Of a stretch of DNA of 64,000 nucleotides, positions 53,001-62,601 are shown piece after piece; the stretch's first letter is position 1; every line of letters starts with the position of its first letter. The notes under the pieces are model-generated. The model saw only the letters and a program-made list of their open reading frames with translations, was not told the DNA's origin and did no database searches. The translations under genes and the position numbers were made by a program. Location: the NCBI GenBank assembly GCA_013289835.1, contig JABCZG010000027.1:951-64950 (forward strand), written 5' to 3'. Source of the DNA: Acidobacteriota bacterium. GTDB lineage: Bacteria; Acidobacteriota; Terriglobia; Acidiferrales; UBA7541.

Positions 53001-53945
53001 GTCGGTGCCGGGCAGAGAAAGAATCGGATCGAGCAAACGTGTTTTCTGCAGGCCGAGAAAAACGGGATCGGTGCGAAGCTCCGTGCCGAACCCGCGGTCG
53101 CTGAGTTTGTCATCGGGTTTCCCCGGATCCTCTTCGCGGGTGGGATTGCCGATTTCCGCTTTCTTGCGCCCGCCCCGCTCAAAAACCCGCAAGACATTCC
53201 CGGGCTGCGAAGTTTCCCAGCGAAAAAGAGGATCGAGTTCCGGAAGGACTCCCTTGGCGCGCGTCTCCTCTGGAGTGGGACTCGGAAACGTTTTGATGGA
53301 TTTCGGCTTTCCATCGCGGTCGTAGCTTTCGCCGAAACGTGCATTTTTTGTCGGATAGCCGCCATTGTTGTAAAGCGCGGCGCCCCACAGCAATCCGGCG
53401 TGCGTCATCATGCTGGTAGACACAGCGCGGGTTTCGGTGGCGTGACAGCCCAATGTGCCGCACGTCTCCGGAGCCACACGCAGATCACCGGGGTTGACGA
53501 ACTTGATGTACTCCGCGGATTCCTTCAGCCACTTGGTGTAGGTGCGCTCGGGAAGCGCGGAGCGATTTCGGAAGGAAGGATCACGCGGCTGGACGTGCGC
53601 CTTTTCTTTCGCGGAATTGTATTCGGCAGAATTCGGTGCGGTACCCGGCGCAAGGGAAATGGAGACGTTGCCACCGTGGCAATCCGTGCAACCGAGGCGA
53701 ACGGTCTTCGTGGGATGCATCGTCGGCTCATCGGTCGAGGTGTGGCAGGAAATGCAGCCAGCGGATTTGCGGTCGGCTTCTTCCTGGGATTGGCCGCGGA
53801 AAAAGTTTGGCGATGCGTCTCGCGATGGATGAGCGCCGGAAGCGGTCGGAGCGGAGCGAAGAGCGAATAATAAAGATAACGCGGAGACGCCGAGTGCGCT
53901 GAGAACTCGCAGAGGAGAGGGAACGCGTAGGCGTTTGTTGGTCAT
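50100..53945 (-). CDS. Large secreted multiheme cytochrome c fused to an LVIVD-repeat beta-propeller region
   Basis: Signal peptide. Nine CxxCH motifs (CISCH, CTDCH, CTACH, CMICH, CNDCH, CIDCH, CYSCH, CFGCH, CSDCH) plus one Cx4CH (CGTLGCH) in the first ~780 aa. The last ~450 aa carry six LVIVD-type repeats (GLRVFDI, GLVIIGD, ALVVVDL, GLKVLDV, GIAIVDV, GLRVLQI). Confidence 0.85.
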   Translation of the reverse strand: MTNKRLRVPSPLRVLSALGVSALSLLFALRSAPTASGAHPSRDASPNFFRGQSQEEADRKSAGCISCHTSTDEPTMHPTKTVRLGCTDCHGGNVSISLAPGTAPNSAEYNSAKEKAHVQPRDPSFRNRSALPERTYTKWLKESAEYIKFVNPGDLRVAPETCGTLGCHATETRAVSTSMMTHAGLLWGAALYNNGGYPTKNARFGESYDRDGKPKSIKTFPSPTPEETRAKGVLPELDPLFRWETSQPGNVLRVFERGGRKKAEIGNPTREEDPGKPDDKLSDRGFGTELRTDPVFLGLQKTRLLDPILSLPGTDDHPGDYRASGCTACHVIYANDRDPAHSGAYAGFGHSGFSASSDPTIRKNESGHPIRHTFTRSIPSSQCMICHIHPGTNMVTTYFGLTWWDNEIDGDKMYPKEQRNPTEEQRYQSFVRNPEGAAVRGLWGDEKFLENVGSAEFNKQLKATQFADFHGHGWVFRAVFNHDRKGNWLDKDGGKIAFDDPDRFGKAVHLADIHLEKGMQCNDCHFAQDNHGNGKIYGEPRAAVEIDCIDCHGTIRKKAALITSGPAAPEGGRHLDTLRTPWGLRRFEWRGDKVIQRSMSEENKEWEIVQTLDTITPGNVHFSMKSMRAKLLNKNGVVPSQMPSDDATLAHANSSMTCYSCHTSWTPTCFGCHLQMTANARKPMLHNEGLLTRNYTSYNFQVLRDDIYMLGVDGTVTGHRVAPARSSCAVLVSSQNANREWLYYTQQTISTPGFSGQAFSTFVPHTVRAKETKQCSDCHVSAQNDNNAWMAQLLLQGTNFMNFMGRYVYVATGNKGFEAVAVAEHDEPEAIYGSDLQRVAYPDNYKKFLEHHRELSTAAEHTGNVLDIQARGEYAYAATGPGGLRVFDIANIDNKGFSEKMSTAPVSPIGQRFYVPTKNALAVASPTTLGVDPLRQPLPENEEQAIHLLYGFLYVADKEEGLVIIGDPSLKSKSPGVGTLLDGNPANNFLKRALAFNPGGVLTGARRISIVGTYAYVLTDKALVVVDLDNPLAPRVTANIGAPALNDPRGIAVQFRYAFVVDRDGLKVLDVTDLSQPKPVANALVPVEDARNVYVARTYAYVSAGKQGIAIVDVEKPDAPKLDQIFSAEGQLNDVNDVKIGMVAASAFAFVADGKNGLRVLQILSPWDDSAHFSGFSPRPTPKLIATAHTRGPALAISKGIDRDRAVDESGNQLAVFGRRGARPLNRAEMRSLYIHPSTGEPYIVTDDAVEQPRSTSSSSTSLPSYSSFFTRAREWLDSFY

Positions 53946-53957
53946 GATGCGCGCATC

Positions 53958-56198
53958 TCAGAACGTAAGCTTTACCGAGCCGAAAAGCGAGAACAGCGTG
54001 CGGCTCGTATAAATGTCTATGAAACCCTGACCGGGCTGAAGGGCGGAAGCGCCGCCGGTGAGGACGACGTTTTCCGAGAGCGGCGGGCGGTATTCGACGC
54101 CGACGCCGAAATCTTCGCCAATCGTGTGGTGAATCGGAGACTGAAAAAGAATGAATTCCAACGGCTCGGTGCGTTCGAAGCGGAGATAGTTAAAATTCGC
54201 AAAGCCTTTCAGCTTGGGCGTGATATCAAAATCGGCGCCGGCATTCGCGATAAAGATGCCGGGGTTGACGAAATTGGCCTGGCCTTCTTCTTTGCTGGAG
54301 CGCAGAGATGGAATCAGGCTACCGGACGAGGTGAGCAGAATGCCGGAACCGAGGAGCCGAATCGCTTCCCGGTTCCAAAAACTGAACAGACCGCCAGCAA
54401 AATTGGGAAGATCATCGATGGCGTCGAAGCCGCGTGCACGGCCATCGCGAGGATTGGCGTCGCCGGAAGTGTAGAACGTCGAAACGCGGTAGCGGATCCA
54501 GTCCTTATCGTAGGAGAGTTCCACTGCGGCCATCTGCGCGTTGATGGTGACGGGCCTTCCCGCGATGGGATTGAACGTGTCTTCTCCCACGGCTTGATAA
54601 AAAGCGTGGGTGAGATTGAGGCGGCGAATGTGGCCGCTGCCCAGCCAGCCGAAATAGCCGACGCGGATGCCATGAAGAATCGGGCCGGCACCCGGATTCT
54701 GATTGATCACGTTGCCGACGGGCGCAGGGCGGACCAGGAAACCGTTGTCGTCATAGTGCAGGCTGGGATCGTCTTTGTTCCACGCGCCGACGAATTCCGC
54801 CGTGTAGCCGGGGAAAAAGAAATCCTGCAAGTACACGTTGCCGAGGACCACCTGCTGATGGCGGCGGTCGAAGGTGTTGAGGCCGCTGTTGGTGTTTTTC
54901 TCGAGAAGATGAAAATAGGCGACGTTGTATTCGATGCGATCGGAATGGAGATCGCCGAAGATTCGCAACGCAGGCTGCTCGTCCACGAAAAGAAAGCCGC
55001 GGAAATCGGCGTTGAATTGCTGGATGCCCGCGCGCGCGGAAATGAAATCATAGTTGGGGCCAAGATCGTGGAGTTTCACTTCGACGAAAGCTTCCTGCAG
55101 GCCGAGGTGATCGTCAAAGCGATTGGTTCCACTTCGAGGGCTGGGGCCTACGATGCCCAGTTCTCGCACATCCAAATCGTTCAGGCTGATCTCGGGCGTG
55201 ATTCGAATGCGCCAGTCCACAGGCTTGAAGGAAGCATCGCCATGAAATAAATCAAAACTGAAGCGCAGCGTTTGATCGAAGAACGCTTGCTCGCCGCGCC
55301 CGAAGAATCCCGAACTGCCCGGGCGCTCCGCGCTGACGTTGCTGGGGGAAGGGACGCGGCGGCCGTCAAAAAAAGTTTCGGAGGAAGCGGTGATGTTCAG
55401 AAAGGTTTGCTGGCCGAGAAATGCCGGCCAGATCGGCTCATCGCCCTTGAAGCGATTGCGGTTGAAAGGATCGTACCAGTGGGGCTTGGTATAGATGTAT
55501 TCGCCTTTTTGCGAATAGCGGCGATAGTCGGGTTGCTCGAGAGCCCAGCGATTGGGAACGGTGTTGTAGATGTCGGCGACCGGAGGCAGCGCGTCCGGCG
55601 AAATATTTTCAATGTAGCTGGGATCGGAGTCGAGACGATGGCGAAACTCGCGATAGGTGCCGAAGGAAGGTTGCCCTTCGGCGGAAAGTGCGGGACCTAG
55701 CTCGGGGAGACGCGGGAGGCGGGAACGCGCTTCCATGGCTGCGGCGGTTACGAGAGAGATTTCCAGAGTCAGTACTTCGTTGGGCTGAAGAGCGACATCG
55801 GAAAGAACGAAAGGCGCGTAGTCCTTGGCTTCGACGCGAAGTTCGTAATGGCCTGGTGGCAAGGGGAACAACCGAAAAACGCCCTCCGCCGAGGCAGTGC
55901 CGGAAAAGAGCCGGCCGGACTGCAGATTGCGCACCGTAAGCGCGGCTCCGGGGACGGGCAGCGCGATGTTGGAAAAGCCTGCATCGCGTACGATGCCATC
56001 GAGCGCGGCCGTGTTTTGCGCCTGCTGGCGAGGAATGCGCGTGGGGGAACCTTGTTCGTGGGATTGCGCTGCGGGGCTCTGCGCTGGCGTGGATGTCTGC
56101 TGCCGCGGAGTTGCAGCGCCGGGCGGGGAAGAAAGGAACGAAAAACAGCAAGCCGCGCAGAACGCGCGTCGCACTCGCCGCGGGGAGAAGAAGTTCAT
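53958..56198 (-). CDS. Outer-membrane beta-barrel protein with N-terminal CarboxypepD_reg-like domain
   Basis: Signal peptide. A carboxypeptidase-regulatory-like fold (LDGIVRD...GVFRLFPLPPGHYELRVEAKDYAP), then ~580 aa of alternating beta-strand pattern ending in the aromatic terminus ...GSVKLTF. No TonB plug motifs noticed. Confidence 0.65.
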   Translation of the reverse strand: MNFFSPRRVRRAFCAACCFSFLSSPPGAATPRQQTSTPAQSPAAQSHEQGSPTRIPRQQAQNTAALDGIVRDAGFSNIALPVPGAALTVRNLQSGRLFSGTASAEGVFRLFPLPPGHYELRVEAKDYAPFVLSDVALQPNEVLTLEISLVTAAAMEARSRLPRLPELGPALSAEGQPSFGTYREFRHRLDSDPSYIENISPDALPPVADIYNTVPNRWALEQPDYRRYSQKGEYIYTKPHWYDPFNRNRFKGDEPIWPAFLGQQTFLNITASSETFFDGRRVPSPSNVSAERPGSSGFFGRGEQAFFDQTLRFSFDLFHGDASFKPVDWRIRITPEISLNDLDVRELGIVGPSPRSGTNRFDDHLGLQEAFVEVKLHDLGPNYDFISARAGIQQFNADFRGFLFVDEQPALRIFGDLHSDRIEYNVAYFHLLEKNTNSGLNTFDRRHQQVVLGNVYLQDFFFPGYTAEFVGAWNKDDPSLHYDDNGFLVRPAPVGNVINQNPGAGPILHGIRVGYFGWLGSGHIRRLNLTHAFYQAVGEDTFNPIAGRPVTINAQMAAVELSYDKDWIRYRVSTFYTSGDANPRDGRARGFDAIDDLPNFAGGLFSFWNREAIRLLGSGILLTSSGSLIPSLRSSKEEGQANFVNPGIFIANAGADFDITPKLKGFANFNYLRFERTEPLEFILFQSPIHHTIGEDFGVGVEYRPPLSENVVLTGGASALQPGQGFIDIYTSRTLFSLFGSVKLTF

Positions 56199-56406
56199 GC
56201 GCTCGGCCTAAATGAATGGCTGAAAAAATCGGAATCGCGTACTAGATAACAATATCGAGAAGCAACGAGCAACAGTTTTCCCCAGCGGGGAGACACATTC
56301 GATAACGCGCTCTGACGCTTCCGCCATTCACCAGTACGCCGCAAGCGGCGGGCAAATCCGTTGAGCGCTCCTGAATGACTGTGATACGAAGAAATGTACT
56401 CCCACG

Positions 56407-58035
56407 ATGAAAATTGTTCACACACTGCGAAAGCCGGCGGAATCCCGGCACGCGCTGCAAGCCCGCCAGGAGACGCTGGCGCTGGGCGTGGCTCTGGCGT
56501 TGGGAATCGCCGGGGCGCTGTTGATGTTGTTGATCGGATGCGGAGGCGGTGGCGGCACAACAGTTGCGCCGCCAATCATTCCGCCGGTGCAGGCACTGCA
56601 AGTGGCCGACGTACAGAATGTTGTGACGGCGGCGGTGAATTCGGTGAATGTGGACATGGTGGTCGCGGTGGTGGACCGCGCGGGATTTGTGCTGGGAGTC
56701 TTTCGAACGCAAAACGCCCCGGCCACGGCGATTGGAAATTTCGGGCAGACGCAAGACGCAAATGATGTGGCTGTGGCGCTTGCGCGGACGGGCGCTTTTT
56801 TCAGTAATGATCAAGCTCCGCTCTCGTCCCGCACCGTGCGCTTCATCAGCGGGATTCATTTTCCGCCCGGCGTAACGAACCAGCCGCCTGCGGATCTCTA
56901 CGGAATCGAAAACACGAATCGCGGCTGCACGCTGATCAATAGCCCAGCGTTCGAAAACGGGATTCCTCCGTCGCTGGCGCTTGGCGGCGGATTCGGGCTC
57001 GGAATTCTCACAGGAAAAGCCGACATCAACGATTCGAATGCAGCCGACGTGAATCCCGGCGGCGTTCCCATTTTCTATAAAAATGTTGTGGTTGGCGGAA
57101 TCGGTGTCGTGACTTCCTCTAGCAATCTGAATGTCGCGGAATATGCCGCGTTCGCCGGCAGCACCACGCAGCGCGGTGGTCCGGGAGACAATTTTGGCCC
57201 GACGCCCGCTGCGCCTGGAGTGGTTTTCATTGGCGGAATTGCCTTGCCTTTCGTGGATCAAATTTCACTGCCTTCCGGTTTTTCCGGAGGGCCGGTTGCA
57301 GGTACGGGAAGTTTCTTGGTCGCTCCCGCAAACAGCCAGGGACAGCCGCCCGAAGGCGACTTGATCACTCCCGCGCCAGGGCCATTGGGAGGATTGAGCG
57401 CAGCTGATGTAACGGGCATTCTAAACAATGCTGAAGCGACGGCCAACACCACGCGCGCGGCGATTCGATTGCCGCTCGGTTCGAAAGCACGGATGGTGAT
57501 CGCCGTCGCGGATCTGGATGGAACCATCATTGGATTGCGGCGCATGCAGGATTCCACGGTGTTCAGCATTGACGTCGCCGCAAGCAAGGCGCGAAACATG
57601 GTGTACTTCAATAGCGCTTCACGAACGGCAGCCGACCTGAACGGCGTGCCGATGGGCACCGCGGTCACGAATCGCACCATCAGTTTTGGAGCACAGCCGC
57701 TCTATCCACCGGGAATCGATGGTTCCAGCGCCGGTCCATTTTTTAGTTTATATGCGATGGATGTTGCAAATCCCTGCACGCAAGGATTCCAAAGCGGAGC
57801 GGCGAATTCGAACAAGAGCGGAATCGTTTTCTTCCCTGGCAGCGCGGGCTTGTATCGCAACGGCACTCTGGTGGGCGGATTGGGAGTGAGCGGTGACGGC
57901 GTAGACGAAGACGACTACGTGACGAATGGCGGAACGGCAGGACTCGAAGCACCGACAAATATTCGGGCCGATCAAATCATGGACCAGGGCGTGCGGCTTC
58001 CCTATTTCAAATTCCCCAGAAATCCCACCGACTGA
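56407..58035 (+). CDS. Lipoprotein with two GlcG/HbpS-like (DUF336) domains
   Basis: Lipobox LLIGC followed by a Gly run. Two DUF336-like cores (MVVAVVDRAGFVLGVFR... and MVIAVADLDGTIIGLRRM...SIDVAASKARN...GGLGVSGDGVDEDDYV). Confidence 0.65.
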   Translation: MKIVHTLRKPAESRHALQARQETLALGVALALGIAGALLMLLIGCGGGGGTTVAPPIIPPVQALQVADVQNVVTAAVNSVNVDMVVAVVDRAGFVLGVFRTQNAPATAIGNFGQTQDANDVAVALARTGAFFSNDQAPLSSRTVRFISGIHFPPGVTNQPPADLYGIENTNRGCTLINSPAFENGIPPSLALGGGFGLGILTGKADINDSNAADVNPGGVPIFYKNVVVGGIGVVTSSSNLNVAEYAAFAGSTTQRGGPGDNFGPTPAAPGVVFIGGIALPFVDQISLPSGFSGGPVAGTGSFLVAPANSQGQPPEGDLITPAPGPLGGLSAADVTGILNNAEATANTTRAAIRLPLGSKARMVIAVADLDGTIIGLRRMQDSTVFSIDVAASKARNMVYFNSASRTAADLNGVPMGTAVTNRTISFGAQPLYPPGIDGSSAGPFFSLYAMDVANPCTQGFQSGAANSNKSGIVFFPGSAGLYRNGTLVGGLGVSGDGVDEDDYVTNGGTAGLEAPTNIRADQIMDQGVRLPYFKFPRNPTD

Positions 58036-58044
58036 ATCCCGAAA

Positions 58045-58341
58045 TTATCTGCGAGGCGCTGATTTTTTGCCGTGGGCCATTTTGGTCAGGGTTTGTGTGT
58101 AGGCCTTGATGGTTTCCGGAACAGCGTGGCTGTAAACAAACTGTCCTTCGCGGCGGCAGTCGATCAGTCCAGCTTCGCTCAAAATTTTTAAATGGTGTGA
58201 AACCGTTGCCGGAGTAACCCCGCGCATCGAGACGATCTCGCCACAGTTCATGTGGTCGTTGTTCGAGATAGCTTCAAGAATCCTAAGGCGCGTCTCGTCG
58301 GCCAGAGCTTTCGATATTTTTTCCACCTGAGCGCGGTCCAT
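58045..58341 (-). CDS. ArsR/SmtB-family transcriptional regulator
   Basis: LADETRLRILEAIS...NCGEIVSMRGVTPATVSHHLKILSEAGLI. Start at MDRAQVEKISKAL. Confidence 0.8.
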   Translation of the reverse strand: MDRAQVEKISKALADETRLRILEAISNNDHMNCGEIVSMRGVTPATVSHHLKILSEAGLIDCRREGQFVYSHAVPETIKAYTQTLTKMAHGKKSAPRR

Positions 58342-58535
58342 AGGTCTCCCCGAAGTGTAACGGACATCTCCTCGTCCCGCCAGAGAGGCCCCAGCAGCAA
58401 AATCCGCCCAAACAATCATGCAACCGAATGTTTCGATGTTCATCTAACTATCGAAATGAAGGAAGCCGGGGAAGCGGGTCAAGACGGGTAGCAGCAAAGG
58501 CTTCCCGAATAAGGCGAACTAAACAGGAGACGACC

Positions 58536-59285
58536 ATGAAGAGACTCGAAGGGAAAGTGGCACTGGTTACGGGCGGAAACAGCGGCATCGGGCTGGCAAC
58601 GGCCAAGCGGCTACAGGAAGAGGGCGCGAAAGTTGCCATCTCCGGCCGCAGCAAGAAAACACTGGATGAAGCGGTGAAAACAATTGGAAATGGCGTGGTG
58701 GCAGTGCAAGCAGACGTGGCCAAGCTCACGGAGGTGGACAAGCTGTATGCGGAAGTCTCAAAGAAGCTCGGCAAAATCGATGTGTTGTTCGTGAACGCGG
58801 GAGTCGCAAAGTTCGCGCCACTCGCCGATACGTCCGAGAGCGTGTACGACGAACAGTTTGACATCAACATCAAGGGAGCGTACTTCACGATCCAGAAGGC
58901 GTTGCCGTTTCTAAATGACGGCGCGTCCATCATCTTGAATACCAGCGTGGCGGATCGCAAAGGCACGGCGGGCGCCAGCGCGTATTCGGCGACCAAAGCG
59001 GCGCTGCGTTCGCTCGCGCGGACGGCAGCGGCGGAACTGGTGGGGCGCGGCATCCGCGTGAACACCGTTGCTCCGGGGCCGATCGTGACGCCCATTTTTG
59101 GAAAAACCGGGCTTCCACAAGAGGCGATCGATGAATTCGCAAAAGATATCATTGCCAAGGTTCCGATGAAGCGATTTGGTCAGCCGGAGGAAGTAGCCGG
59201 AGCGGTGGCCTTCCTGGCATCGCAAGACGCGTCATACATCACGGGCGTGGAGATCAACGTGGACGGGGGAATGGGCCAGATATAA
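58536..59285 (+). CDS. Short-chain dehydrogenase/reductase (SDR)
   Basis: TGGNSGIG cofactor motif, NAG, and a YSATK active site. AGGAGA SD upstream of ATG 58536. Confidence 0.9.
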   Translation: MKRLEGKVALVTGGNSGIGLATAKRLQEEGAKVAISGRSKKTLDEAVKTIGNGVVAVQADVAKLTEVDKLYAEVSKKLGKIDVLFVNAGVAKFAPLADTSESVYDEQFDINIKGAYFTIQKALPFLNDGASIILNTSVADRKGTAGASAYSATKAALRSLARTAAAELVGRGIRVNTVAPGPIVTPIFGKTGLPQEAIDEFAKDIIAKVPMKRFGQPEEVAGAVAFLASQDASYITGVEINVDGGMGQI

Positions 59286-59355
59286 ATAGTGGTTCCAGCG
59301 GTGTATGTCGAACGAGGCGGGCGCGAGCTCGCCTCGTTTTGTTTTTGAAAGGCAG

Positions 59356-60252
59356 TCATTTGGAGCCGCCGGAGGGATCGGGGGACGCCGCCGAATTCAC
59401 GTCCAGAAACCATTTGTGCGCGGTGTCATTCGGAGCGTAACAGTTGCCGTCCGGTGCGTACTTCGCAGGGCAGCGCGCGGTGAACTCTTTGCGGCGCGGC
59501 GATTGCGCGAATTGCCAGACGGCAGCGTTGCCGATTCCACTTGATGAAGGCGGGGGCGGGGTATCCGGGAAAGCGCAGCCGGGTGATGGCGGACACGAAT
59601 CGTTGTAGGCCCAGATGGTGAAGTCGTGTGAGGCGGCGTTGTCGCGAATGTCATCTGCTGTGGTAATGGTCAAGCCAGGGCTTTCCTTGACTGGCATGCC
59701 GGAGCAATAGACGCCGGAGCTAAGGCCTGCTTTTGTGAGTTCGTCGTGCCACGCGCGAAGATAGGCGTGGTAGGAGGCGGGCAGCCGGCCACCTTCTTCG
59801 ATATCGAGAAAAATGATCGTGCCGGGAGCAAAGCCTTCGGCTTTCGCGGCGGCTGCGGCATTTTTTCCGTCTTGAACTCCTTTGGCGATGGCTCCCGCTT
59901 CATTTTTGAACTCCTTGCTATCGCGGCCGCGGTAAAGAACGAGAAAACCAAAACCCTGTGCAAGGAAGAGCTTGCGCTTGCCGCGCCAACTGTTTGTTTT
60001 TTCTCCTGGGGGCGGGCTCAGCCAATAACTAGCGAACGTGAAGGATTTGCGAAGGATAGGAAGCGCCGCGTCACCGGGGTAAATGTTGCGGTCGAAGCCG
60101 AGATAGAAGTTCTGGCTGCTCTTTGGAGCCATTGCGGCTTGCGGGGAGATGCCGAAAGCTAAGAAGTTCGCGATGATAAGAATCGCGGCAGCAGGAACGG
60201 CTCGGAGATTTGATGTTTTTCCAGGCATCGAATTGTCACCAACTTTTTGCAT
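59356..60252 (-). CDS. DUF1906 (Rv2525c-like glycoside-hydrolase-fold) secreted protein
   Basis: Signal-like N-terminus. GFDRNIYPGD..., FLVLYRG..., IIFLDIEEGG..., WAYNDSC pattern. The start could be ATG 60228. Confidence 0.55.
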   Translation of the reverse strand: MQKVGDNSMPGKTSNLRAVPAAAILIIANFLAFGISPQAAMAPKSSQNFYLGFDRNIYPGDAALPILRKSFTFASYWLSPPPGEKTNSWRGKRKLFLAQGFGFLVLYRGRDSKEFKNEAGAIAKGVQDGKNAAAAAKAEGFAPGTIIFLDIEEGGRLPASYHAYLRAWHDELTKAGLSSGVYCSGMPVKESPGLTITTADDIRDNAASHDFTIWAYNDSCPPSPGCAFPDTPPPPSSSGIGNAAVWQFAQSPRRKEFTARCPAKYAPDGNCYAPNDTAHKWFLDVNSAASPDPSGGSK

Positions 60253-60308
60253 CGTAAGAGCGGCAACTGGGCCCCGACCGGGTCAGGGTAAACTTGGCGC
60301 ACTCCATA

Positions 60309-61721
60309 TTAACCCTCGCGGAGTTTGTGGCCGGCGAGATTGCCGAGGCCGTCGTAGGCGGCATATTTGTAGGTTTCACTGAGCGTGGGATAGTTGAAAA
60401 CCTGTTCGATGAATTCGTCGATCGTAAGTCCGTTGTCGAGAACCATCATGCCGATGTGAATGAGTTCGGTGGCAATTTCGCCGATGATGCTTACGCCGAG
60501 GAGTTTTCTATCGCCGCGGGCGAAGATGAGTTTGAGCATGCCTGCGGTGTCGCCGGTGATGTGCCCTCGCGCATTATTTTCGTAAAGAGCGCGGCCAACG
60601 ACGTAATCAAGTTTCTTTTCCTTGCAGGATTCCTCGGTCTCGCCGGCCGCTGAAATTTCTGGAATGGTGTAGATACCCATGGGCAGAAGCGAGGCGACAC
60701 GCTGTTTATACTTCAGGTGAAAGGCGTGGCAGATAGCGACACGGCCCTGCTCCATCGAAGTGGAAGCTAAAGCGGGAAAACCGATCACATCACCAGCGGC
60801 GTAAATGTGGGGAACGGCGGTGCAATAGTGTTCGTCCACGGCGATGTAGCCACGGTCGTTGATGGAGAGACCGGTTTTTTCCAGCGCGAGGCCGTCCACG
60901 GCGGCGCGGCGCCCGGCGGCGAAGAGCGCGGCGTCGGTTGCGAGGACTTTGCCGCTCTTCATGGTGAGGCGAACCCCGGTTGCGGAGTTTTCGGTTTTAA
61001 CGGGGCGCTCGTTGAACCAGAAGTGCATGCCGAGCGCCGCTAAGCGGTCACGCAGACGATCCGAAATTTCGTTATCGAGAAATGGAAGAAGGCGATCGCG
61101 GCCATCCACGAGAGTGACGTCAACGCCGAGGGCTTTGAAAATGGAGGCGTATTCACAACCGATGACGCCGCCGCCGATCACGGCGAGGCTCTTGGGGATG
61201 CGGTCCATCTGCAGAAACGTGTCCGAGTCAAAGGTATGAATGTCGTCGAAGGCGATCTCCGAGGGGCGATGCGGCTTGGAACCGGTGGAAATGAGAATGA
61301 CATCGCCTTTCAGGCGGCGCGTGCCATTCGGTCCCGAAACAGCGACGGTGTGCGAATCTTCGAAGGAGGCCTGGCCGCGAATTAGTTCGATCTTGTGTAG
61401 CGCGAGATTTTTCAGGATGCGCTGGCGCTCCATGTCCACCACTTCGCGCTCGTGGTGCATGAAGTCGTGGACGGTGAGATTTTCTTTCAGCGAGTAGTCA
61501 ATTCCGTAGAGGCCGCGTTGCTTCAAGCCGGAGAAGTAAAGCGCAGATTCGCGAAGCGTTTTGCTGGGGACCGTGCCGGTGTTGATGCAACTGCCGCCCA
61601 TGTGCTCGGCGCGTTCGATGACGGCGACGCGCTTGCCGAAATACGCGGCCTGGGCGCCGCCCTTTTCACCGGCGGGCCCGCAGCCAATCACGATCAGGTC
61701 AAACGTGTCGCTTGCAGTCAC
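60309..61721 (-). CDS. sthA: Soluble pyridine nucleotide transhydrogenase (Si-specific)
   Basis: FAD motif VIGCGPAGE. The site GGSCINTGTVPSK has a single Cys (second Cys replaced by Thr), as in SthA rather than lipoamide dehydrogenase. NAD motif VIGGGVIGCEYA. Confidence 0.8.
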   Translation of the reverse strand: MTASDTFDLIVIGCGPAGEKGGAQAAYFGKRVAVIERAEHMGGSCINTGTVPSKTLRESALYFSGLKQRGLYGIDYSLKENLTVHDFMHHEREVVDMERQRILKNLALHKIELIRGQASFEDSHTVAVSGPNGTRRLKGDVILISTGSKPHRPSEIAFDDIHTFDSDTFLQMDRIPKSLAVIGGGVIGCEYASIFKALGVDVTLVDGRDRLLPFLDNEISDRLRDRLAALGMHFWFNERPVKTENSATGVRLTMKSGKVLATDAALFAAGRRAAVDGLALEKTGLSINDRGYIAVDEHYCTAVPHIYAAGDVIGFPALASTSMEQGRVAICHAFHLKYKQRVASLLPMGIYTIPEISAAGETEESCKEKKLDYVVGRALYENNARGHITGDTAGMLKLIFARGDRKLLGVSIIGEIATELIHIGMMVLDNGLTIDEFIEQVFNYPTLSETYKYAAYDGLGNLAGHKLREG

Positions 61722-61920
61722 GCATTCCTCCGCAGGTATCCCAGAGCTGGACCAGCTGGCTGTACTCGGGAGGATTGTAGGAGAACTGGGGTGCTGCCGT
61801 CGAACTTTCTTGCCAATGAGTAATGAACAGTCTCAGAGGGATAGGCGCGAGTCAGAGGACCGGGGAACGGTGGCCGATACTTCAGAAAGTTAAAGTAATA
61901 CTTCAGGGATTTCATTGGGG

Positions 61921-62370
61921 ACCCCCTACCACCCATTCGATGGATGAATGTCAAAACAAAGGGGATAGAAAATGGGCAATTTGTAAGTGGCTGAAAACAC
62001 AGTGGCGACCGAATTTTGGTGCCGATGGGAAAAGAGGAGCACCCCCACTCCGAGCGGCTCTGAGCGCGGGAAGGTAGCAGCGCCTCCCACTCCCGGTTTT
62101 TTGTAAGTGTTGCATCTACAGGACTTATGTTTTTCGTAAGTCGTTTATTTGCAGCACCTGCGAGGGGGCGTGCAAGTGTTGCATCTAAAGGATTTACGGA
62201 CGCTAACTGTTGGCAATAAGGTAACTGATAGGGAGGGATGGAAGGGGAAAGAGTTAGAAGGACCGCGTGGCGCGAGGGCATGACAGGCGAGGCACGAAAA
62301 AACAGTGCCAGCGCAACCAAACCATTATAGCGGGTCGGTACTCTTTCTCAAGTGATAACTCCAAGTGCTT
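61921..62370 (-). repeat. Promoter-bearing dispersed repeat, copy Y (inverted relative to copy X)
   Basis: Reverse complement aligns with 30371-30968 (see copy X). It lacks the ~140-nt block present in X. It lies ~200 nt upstream of, and co-oriented with, sthA. Confidence 0.85.
62324..62351 (-). promoter_or_regulatory. Sigma-70-type promoter at the head of repeat copy Y
   Basis: Minus-strand read: TTGAGA (62351-62346), a 16-nt spacer, TATAAT (62329-62324). Positions are homologous to the promoter of copy X. Confidence 0.55.
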
Positions 62371-62601
62371 TGCTTGCAGCGGGTTGGCGGAGTCCTCCGC
62401 GACGCTGAGGATTGCAAGTGTGTCTGGAATGGGCCTCAACAGAAGGTTGGGACGCCACGCTCAGCGGGCAGCGCTGCTTGGTCCCTGGGTGCTAGCTTCG
62501 GCGACATAGAATGCGCATCAGCCCATATAGGGCACGTGCATTCGGCGAACCATCTGGGCCACCAGAATCTGAAGGAATTGGCATCGCGGGAGATCAGGAC
62601 G

